The position numbers and the translations under genes are program-made. This document shows positions 58,040-64,000 of a stretch of DNA of 64,000 nucleotides, one piece after another. Each line of letters opens with the position of its first letter. Position 1 is the stretch's first letter. The stretch is from Chitinophaga pinensis (GTDB lineage Bacteria > Bacteroidota > Bacteroidia > NS11-12g > UBA955). The stretch covers positions 1,954 to 65,953 of the forward strand of contig CAMBFD010000003.1 of NCBI GenBank assembly GCA_945865625.1, given 5' to 3'. Below the pieces are notes generated by a model, which made no database searches, was not told where the DNA came from, and saw only the letters and a program-made list of their open reading frames with translations.

Positions 58040-58882
58040 CTATGAAGCACTTTGAATCCAGAATGCAACTTGTTGGGTTAAAACATCCGGAATTTTTGGT
58101 GTTTTTTCATAATCAACATTGTAATTGACTTGGTTCTTTTGAGGTTTGAAATAGTGGATATTCCATTCTCCAGCATTGTATTCTAAGGCTGTTAAATTCT
58201 CAATCCAATCACCACTATTTAAGTATGTAACACTTCCTTTTTCATTCGTTACAGTTCTCATTTGAGGTTGGTGGATATGTCCGCAAACTACATAATCAAA
58301 TCCTTTTTCAATGGCTAATTCTGCGGCTGTCTGCTCAAAGTCGGCAATCCAAGAGACTGCTTTTTTAACGCTATTTTTAATTTTTTTAGAGAAACTCATT
58401 TTTTCTCTACCCAAAAATGTGAGCAATTTGTTTGACCAATGATTGAGCCAAATGAGGAAATCATAACCCTGCCCACCTAATTTAGCGATGATTTTTGCAC
58501 TACCTTTGGTTGTTGCATCGAATACATCTCCATGAAAGATCCAAGTTTTTTTGCCGTCGAGTTCTAAAACAAGTTTATCATCGAGTAATAAATTACCCAC
58601 CCTTGTTCCTGAATATTTACGGAGTGCTTCATCGTGGTTTCCAGTAATATAATAAACGAGAGTGCCAGATTCCATCATTTTTAATATTTCACGGATAACT
58701 TGCATATGAGCAGGTGGAAAATATTTTTTACGGAATTGCCAGATATCTATGATATCGCCATTGAGGACTAAAATTTTCGGATTGATTTCTTTTAAGTATC
58801 GAACAATGTCGTTAGCATGGCAACCAAAAGTGCCTAAGTGTAAATCACTGATTACGCTTACTTGTATCTCTCGTTTTTGCAT
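58040..58882 (-). CDS. lpxH: UDP-2,3-diacylglucosamine diphosphatase-like metallophosphoesterase
   Basis: VISDLHLG, LNGDIID, GNHD and CGHIH calcineurin-like motifs in LpxH order. Confidence 0.7.
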   Translation of the reverse strand: MQKREIQVSVISDLHLGTFGCHANDIVRYLKEINPKILVLNGDIIDIWQFRKKYFPPAHMQVIREILKMMESGTLVYYITGNHDEALRKYSGTRVGNLLLDDKLVLELDGKKTWIFHGDVFDATTKGSAKIIAKLGGQGYDFLIWLNHWSNKLLTFLGREKMSFSKKIKNSVKKAVSWIADFEQTAAELAIEKGFDYVVCGHIHQPQMRTVTNEKGSVTYLNSGDWIENLTALEYNAGEWNIHYFKPQKNQVNYNVDYEKTPKIPDVLTQQVAFWIQSAS

Positions 58883-59093
58883 TTTAGTATTTACTTGTTA
58901 CAAATTTCTTAATGCAATATGACTACACTGTTAAATGCCTGCAGTCATTAGGAGGTTTTAATATTAATATAATATTAAATGGAGATTTGCTTAAAGAAGA
59001 TGATTCAATACAAAAATGGTCAATCAACCCAGATGTTGGGTTAGATCATGTGGTGCATTCTTATTTATGGCACCTAATCATATTTCTTCAGGT

Positions 59094-60278
59094 CTAAATA
59101 CCTAAAGCTTTTTTTGTGTTTTTCGAGAGTCCATTTTTATGAAACATCACAGAAATGGTTTTGTATTTAGTATATGGTTCACTTACAAAAAGGTAACCGC
59201 CGCAAGGGTTTGCTGTTCCCCAAGAGTTTTTAACTTCGAAAAAATCTTTACCTGATTTTTCTTTGTATAAACCTGTAATGTGCATGCCATGATCGTCGGT
59301 GGTTTTTTGTAAATCGAAGGCTTCTTGGCGCATACTTTCATTAATCTCTAATTCATTACAAGGGGTTTCGAAAACATTTCCTTCTCTGTGTGCACCGCCG
59401 TCATTGAATCCTTTGTTGTCGGTTCCAATTTTAGTAATCAAAGAATCATGCAATGGAACTATGGCCAAGCCATTTTTAAATGAGAATCCTTTTTCGCTTA
59501 CATCGGCTGCCCAAGCAATTGAATGTCCTTCTTTCAAAGCATTTTTCATGTTCTCTAAAAGTTCATTTAGAGGGACATTGATGGCGGTTTGCATGGCCCA
59601 ATTGTCTGGAACTTCAATTGCAAAAGGTTTGTAAAATGGGTGATGGCTAAATGAGGTTAGTATGACATAATCGTTAAAATTAATTCCCAAGCTTTGAGCA
59701 AAAGAAATAGGGGTGTATTTTTTGCCATTGTACTCAAATTCGGTGGGGATTTTTCCGAGGTAAGCATCTAAAATACCTTCAATTCCAGTGATCCATTCTT
59801 TGCCAAGTGTTGTCGCATTCTTTTTTGCAATAGTTTCAACATACGTTTTGAGGACATCGATTAATTCATCGTGGTTGTGTCGGGTTTTGCCATTGATTAA
59901 GCCAGTGTAAACAGATTCTGGCACTATGCCATATTTTTCAATGATAAATGGAACATCATGTCCTTCACCGCCTTGATCGAATTGATGTTTTCCATTCATT
60001 CGAATATAGGTGATTGCTTTTTCGATATAGGCCCAACGAGCCACAAACATTTCCGACAAATCTAAATTGCCTTTGTTCTGTTTCATGAGTTCAGCCTCAA
60101 CCAGAGAGAGGGTGCTATAGCTCCAACAAGTAGATGTTTTGCATTGGTCTTTTACAGTTGGTTTTTGAGTTTCAAATACCTTTGTGAAGGTATATGCACT
60201 GCCGGGCTTGTTTGAAATTGTTTGTGCGTTTGCAGCAGAAAAGAATAAACTTCCGATGATAAATGCGAAATACTTCAT
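59094..60278 (-). CDS. pepC: C1-family cysteine peptidase (aminopeptidase C / bleomycin hydrolase-like), secreted
   Basis: Signal peptide, DQCKTSTCWSYSTLS catalytic Cys region, and DDHGMHITG / KNSWG His/Asn region. Confidence 0.8.
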   Translation of the reverse strand: MKYFAFIIGSLFFSAANAQTISNKPGSAYTFTKVFETQKPTVKDQCKTSTCWSYSTLSLVEAELMKQNKGNLDLSEMFVARWAYIEKAITYIRMNGKHQFDQGGEGHDVPFIIEKYGIVPESVYTGLINGKTRHNHDELIDVLKTYVETIAKKNATTLGKEWITGIEGILDAYLGKIPTEFEYNGKKYTPISFAQSLGINFNDYVILTSFSHHPFYKPFAIEVPDNWAMQTAINVPLNELLENMKNALKEGHSIAWAADVSEKGFSFKNGLAIVPLHDSLITKIGTDNKGFNDGGAHREGNVFETPCNELEINESMRQEAFDLQKTTDDHGMHITGLYKEKSGKDFFEVKNSWGTANPCGGYLFVSEPYTKYKTISVMFHKNGLSKNTKKALGI

Positions 60279-60282
60279 TTTA

Positions 60283-60290
60283 CAAATATA
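60283..60290 (-). promoter_or_regulatory. -7 box TATATTTG, 4 nt upstream of the pepC-like ATG
   Basis: Matches TAnnTTTG on the minus strand with N4 spacing (TATATTTG TAAA ATG). Confidence 0.45.
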
Positions 60291-60310
60291 TGAAAGTATC
60301 GTTAATGAAC

Positions 60311-61312
60311 TTATGCTGTTTTGAATGGATTTCTGAGTGTATAGACTTGTGTTTTATGGATATGATTTGTATATAAATTGAGTAAAAAACGTAAAATTCT
60401 ACTTTTTGTAAAGAGCACAAAGCTGTTTTCTATAGGAACCGCTCCAAGTGTACTTTTAATTTCAGTTGCCGTTCTACCAATATTCATGGTTTTCTTTTTA
60501 TTGACAATGCTGTAATGAATTAAATCATACATCATTCTTTGGTACAAACTGTAAGTTAAAGGTAAATTTTCATCAATGCCTAAATGGGTTGCATGGATAT
60601 GATTTTCTTCTTCAATAAAACTGATAAATCCGACTAATTGTCCCTCCAAAAAATAACCATGAACCTTAAATTCATTGTTTAATGTTTTTTGGTAACAATG
60701 TATGAGCTCCGATAAATTTTGACCAATTGCAATGGTTTTGTTTTGCAGAGAATGATATAACAATTTGCCACATTGTAAAATCCAATCATTGGAAGGCAAA
60801 TTGTTGAGTGTTTTGAAATCAATAGATTGGCTATTTTTTAAAACTTTATGGGCGCGAACTCTATATTTAGATGAGAATTGATTCAAGTAATCTTCCAACG
60901 TTAAAAGATTAGGCTCAATATGAACGAGCATGAAAGGTTCTGCCGGAATGGTGGTGGCATGTTTGAATTTCTCGATTCCCAATACATTTGCGACTAACAC
61001 ACCGCAAGAATTTTCTTTTTGTATGAACTCTTTTGGGTTCAGCTCTTTGGGGATATTCGGAAAAATTAGTCCCGGAGCGCAAGTATTTCCAATAACTCTG
61101 ATATGGCCATTTCGACTAAAAAGGTTAAAAATTTTCATGAAAACACGGTAAACATATTTGCCGGTGGGCTTGCTAAGCTCCATATAACTCAGGGGTAAAT
61201 TCTGTCCATTCAGTTGAATCATGCCTTTGTTATTTGGCATTGAACTGAGGAGTTTTTCGGTGAGTTGTTGGCTAATTTGAGGTATCACAATTTGGATAAT
61301 CGAAGAATGCAA
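60311..61312 (-). CDS. hypothetical protein, possibly a GNAT/FemAB-like acyltransferase fold
   Basis: Only a weak by-eye resemblance (GYFLEGQLVGFISFIEE...HLGID). The start is uncertain (TTG 61312 or an internal ATG). Confidence 0.3.
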   Translation of the reverse strand: MHSSIIQIVIPQISQQLTEKLLSSMPNNKGMIQLNGQNLPLSYMELSKPTGKYVYRVFMKIFNLFSRNGHIRVIGNTCAPGLIFPNIPKELNPKEFIQKENSCGVLVANVLGIEKFKHATTIPAEPFMLVHIEPNLLTLEDYLNQFSSKYRVRAHKVLKNSQSIDFKTLNNLPSNDWILQCGKLLYHSLQNKTIAIGQNLSELIHCYQKTLNNEFKVHGYFLEGQLVGFISFIEEENHIHATHLGIDENLPLTYSLYQRMMYDLIHYSIVNKKKTMNIGRTATEIKSTLGAVPIENSFVLFTKSRILRFLLNLYTNHIHKTQVYTLRNPFKTA

Positions 61313-61421
61313 AGATGCTTGTTTAAAACGTCTAAAAACGGTTAAATCGTTAGAATTGCCATTTTTGTCGTTTATTTTTAAGGAAATCGTGGATTGGCTT
61401 TTTTTAGCGTGTAGAACCCCA

Positions 61422-61429
61422 TATTTTTG
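61422..61429 (+). promoter_or_regulatory. -7 box TATTTTTG, 4 nt upstream of the M49-like ATG 61434
   Basis: Matches TAnnTTTG with N4 spacing (TATTTTTG TAAA ATG). Confidence 0.45.
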
Positions 61430-61433
61430 TAAA

Positions 61434-63326
61434 ATGGCATTGAAAAAATTAAGTCAATTCGGTCTCATAGCATTTGCAATTTTAGCAGGGTCAAATGCTT
61501 ATGGTCAAAAGGTTGTGAAAGGATATCCAATTGCAGAGCGATTGAATGGATACAAGAAAATTTCCTTAAAGACAGATACTAGTTTATTGTCTTTGGCTGA
61601 GAGAAGATGTTTGGTTCATTTAATTAAAGCTGCAAAAAAAGCTGATGATATTTTTTGGAAACAAACATATATGGATAAAGAATCGGCTTTAAAAAGTATA
61701 AAGAATGACACAATTCGTCGTTTTATGGAAATTAACTATGGTCCATGGGATAGATTGAATGATGACAAGCCATTTTTGACGGGATACGGCGAGAAGCCAA
61801 AAGGTGCGAAATTTTATCCGGCTAACTTTGATGTCAATATGGTTGATGAACACACTAAAGTGAGGGTGTTAAGTCCATATACGGTTCTTAAGGAAATTCC
61901 GAAGTTCGACAAGCAGCATCCACCGGCTCCACCGAAGCCACCAAAAAAAGGTGAAGAACCAGATATGCTCATGATGATTGAACGCATGCCAATGAAAAAT
62001 GGCAGAGAAATTGGAGTTATGGATTACGGGTTTGCTTATCAGAAAGATTTGCAGGAATTGATGAATCAAATGAATTTAGCGGCTGATGCCATTGAAGCTG
62101 AAGATAAATTTTTTGCTCGATTTTTAAAAGAAAGAGCGGCTGCATTAATGTCTGGGGAGTATATTATGTCGGATATTAAATGGATGGGATTAAAATCACA
62201 TTTAGACATTGTGATTGGGCCAATTGAAAACTATGAAGATAAGTTACTTGGATTAAAAACGTCATATGAGGCATACGTATTGGTAAGGGATATGGAATGG
62301 GGTAAAAAATTGGAAAAGTTTATCGCATTGTTACCAGAATTACAAGCAAATATTCCAGTAGAAACTGCCTACAAACCGGTTTTGGCAAATGACACTGGCG
62401 TGAATAAATTCGATGAACACGGAAATTTGATTTCAAATACAGGTGAAATGATCAATGAACCAAATTTCCCGCCGATGCAAAAGCCCGACGCTTCAATGAG
62501 TCAACTTGCTGTTTTTGATGCAGTCTATTATGGAGGTGATTGTAATTCTGGTAGCAAAACGATTGCGGTAAACTTACCCAACGATGAAACTTTGCAGAAA
62601 TATTTTGGAACCCGTAGATCTCAATTGAAAAATACAATGAAAGCTAAATTCGAAGAAATGGTGATGCCAATTTCTAAGATTTTGATAGATCCTGCTCAAC
62701 AGTCGAATATTAAGTTTGATGCCTTCTTTTCAAATGTTATGTTTCACGAAGTTGCTCATGGATTGGGTGTTAAAAATTTAGTTTCAGATCAGAGCAAAAC
62801 GGTTAGAGAAGCTTTGGGAGCTACCTATTCTGCAGTTGAAGAATGTAAAGCCGATGTATTGGGATTATATATGGTAACTCAGCTGTTTCAGAAGGGAGAG
62901 TTAACAGGTTTTTTAGATGATTATTATGTAACTTTTGTTGCCTCTGTGTTTCGTTCAGTTAGATTTGGCGCGGCAAGTGCACATGGCAAAGCCAATATGA
63001 TTACTTTCAACACTTTGTTAAATAGTGGTTGTATTGTTTCCGGAAATAAAGGTTATACCATAAATGTGACCGCAATGAAATCAGTGATTGAAAAATTAGC
63101 GGCTGAATTGCTTCATTTACAAGGTGATGGCGATTTAACTGGTGTGAATAAAATGCTTGCCGAGAGAGGTGTAATTAAGCCTAGTTTGGCCTCGGATTTG
63201 GCTAAATTGTCAAAAGCAAAAATACCATTTGATATTGTTTTTGATCAAGGTATAGAAACACTTGGCTTGCTTGACTACGATGATTCTGTTAAAAAGACAG
63301 AAAAAGTTGATAAAAAAACAAAATAA
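61434..63326 (+). CDS. secreted M49 (dipeptidyl-peptidase III)-like zinc hydrolase
   Basis: Signal peptide MALKKLSQFGLIAFAILAGSNAYGQ. FHEVAHGLG plus downstream EECKADVLG resembles the HExxxH/EECxAE pair of M49. Confidence 0.65.
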   Translation: MALKKLSQFGLIAFAILAGSNAYGQKVVKGYPIAERLNGYKKISLKTDTSLLSLAERRCLVHLIKAAKKADDIFWKQTYMDKESALKSIKNDTIRRFMEINYGPWDRLNDDKPFLTGYGEKPKGAKFYPANFDVNMVDEHTKVRVLSPYTVLKEIPKFDKQHPPAPPKPPKKGEEPDMLMMIERMPMKNGREIGVMDYGFAYQKDLQELMNQMNLAADAIEAEDKFFARFLKERAAALMSGEYIMSDIKWMGLKSHLDIVIGPIENYEDKLLGLKTSYEAYVLVRDMEWGKKLEKFIALLPELQANIPVETAYKPVLANDTGVNKFDEHGNLISNTGEMINEPNFPPMQKPDASMSQLAVFDAVYYGGDCNSGSKTIAVNLPNDETLQKYFGTRRSQLKNTMKAKFEEMVMPISKILIDPAQQSNIKFDAFFSNVMFHEVAHGLGVKNLVSDQSKTVREALGATYSAVEECKADVLGLYMVTQLFQKGELTGFLDDYYVTFVASVFRSVRFGAASAHGKANMITFNTLLNSGCIVSGNKGYTINVTAMKSVIEKLAAELLHLQGDGDLTGVNKMLAERGVIKPSLASDLAKLSKAKIPFDIVFDQGIETLGLLDYDDSVKKTEKVDKKTK

Positions 63327-63354
63327 TTCAGGAGATATTTAGTTTTAAAGATTC

Positions 63355-64000
63355 ATGAAAATAAATAAATGGTTGTCGCTCACAAGCGTGTCGGCGGTAA
63401 TGGCAGTATTGGTATTTTGCAGCAATAAGCAATTAAATGGGAATGAACCTTTGTTAATTCGCTTAACAGATGTAATGAGCACTGAACATTATTCGCCATA
63501 TAAGTTAAATGATCAGTTCTCAGAAATGGTGTTCAACAATGTTTTGAAAAATTTAGATGACGACAAGCATTTTTTTACACAAGGTGATATTGATAAACTT
63601 TCTGTTTTCAAAAAGAGTATCGACGATCAATTAAAGGTTGGCCGTTACGATTTTTTAGATTCTGCCTGGTCAATTTTAATGGTGCGCTTGAATACCATAG
63701 AACCTATGATTGAAAAAGAGCTTTCTAAACCTTTAAATTATAAATCCAATAACAATTATGTTGTTACTGAAAAAGTTTTAAAATATAAGCCCAATATTGC
63801 TGCTTTAGAGCAAGATTGGAAAAATTGGTTACAGTATCAAACAATCGATAGACTTTATCGCAAAATAGAGGATCAAGAAAATGTAAAGCAGAAGAAAGAT
63901 TCTGCTGTGATAAAAATATTGCCATTCGATACATTAGAATTTAAAGCGAGAAACGAAACTTTGAAATTTTGTAAAGATTGGTTTAAGCGTTGGAGAAAAA
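63355..64000 (+). CDS. S41 carboxy-terminal processing (tail-specific) protease, N-terminal part (continues past the right edge)
   Basis: Not in the track (open at the edge). My translation reads MKINKWLSLTSVSAVMAVLVFCSNK...FNNVLKNLDDDKHFFTQGDIDKL...NWLQYQTIDRLY, which resembles the Prc/Tsp N-terminal domain. Confidence 0.55.
   Translation, partial: MKINKWLSLTSVSAVMAVLVFCSNKQLNGNEPLLIRLTDVMSTEHYSPYKLNDQFSEMVFNNVLKNLDDDKHFFTQGDIDKLSVFKKSIDDQLKVGRYDFLDSAWSILMVRLNTIEPMIEKELSKPLNYKSNNNYVVTEKVLKYKPNIAALEQDWKNWLQYQTIDRLYRKIEDQENVKQKKDSAVIKILPFDTLEFKARNETLKFCKDWFKRWRK

Noticed and set aside
58912-59097. A 61-aa + strand ORF, plus an AGGAGG-like string, in the lpxH-pepC intergenic region.
   Set aside because: It has no family resemblance and lies in a region expected to hold the pepC 3' end and the lpxH promoter. 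Bacteroidota generally do not use Shine-Dalgarno sequences, so the AGGAGG is not supportive.

Overview
This is a dense, AT-rich chromosomal window that looks like Bacteroidota, probably Flavobacteriales. The evidence is a T9SS C-terminal sorting domain, recurrent TAnnTTTG -7 promoter boxes, no Shine-Dalgarno sequences, and flavobacterial-type gene content. I count about 64 protein-coding genes, two of them truncated by the window edges.

Most genes are housekeeping:
- sucA (partial), cdsA, dusB, trhO
- rplM-rpsI-rpsB-tsf-pyrH, rpsT
- a hotdog thioesterase with menF, a thiolase, tsaB, dxs, prmC, panD, recR, queD
- an efp / arginase-family / cysteine desulfurase row
- mtgA, an FNR-like reductase, bshB1, yicC, pssA, purE, def, ruvX, groES-groEL, waaA, ald, an lpxH-like gene, pepC-like and M49-like peptidases, and a partial S41 protease

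By eye I found no rRNA, tRNA, CRISPR array, transposase, integrase or phage genes.

The less ordinary content is:
1. A translationally coupled pair of secreted ChaN/erythromycin-esterase (Tiki superfamily)-like proteins at 43200-46875, each with a C-terminal beta-barrel-like domain. One of the two looks catalytically degenerate.
2. A 168-bp composite array of 9-bp tandem repeats (GGRTTAGNN / CYAAATCAA) between groEL and ruvX.
3. A surface-glycan-like operon at 22572-28041. Its 900-codon lamin-tail-domain ORF has no canonical start codon after the stop of the upstream GT2 gene.
4. A GT2 fused to a degenerate polyprenyl-phosphate glycosyl-phosphotransferase scaffold.
5. A lysine-rich protein with three AT-hook-like motifs.
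6. TAnnTTTG boxes only 4-8 nt from start codons at 11 genes, which suggests leaderless or near-leaderless mRNAs.
7. An EF-P whose loop tip lacks the canonical Lys.

All functional calls rest on motif recognition by eye. No searches or computations were run.
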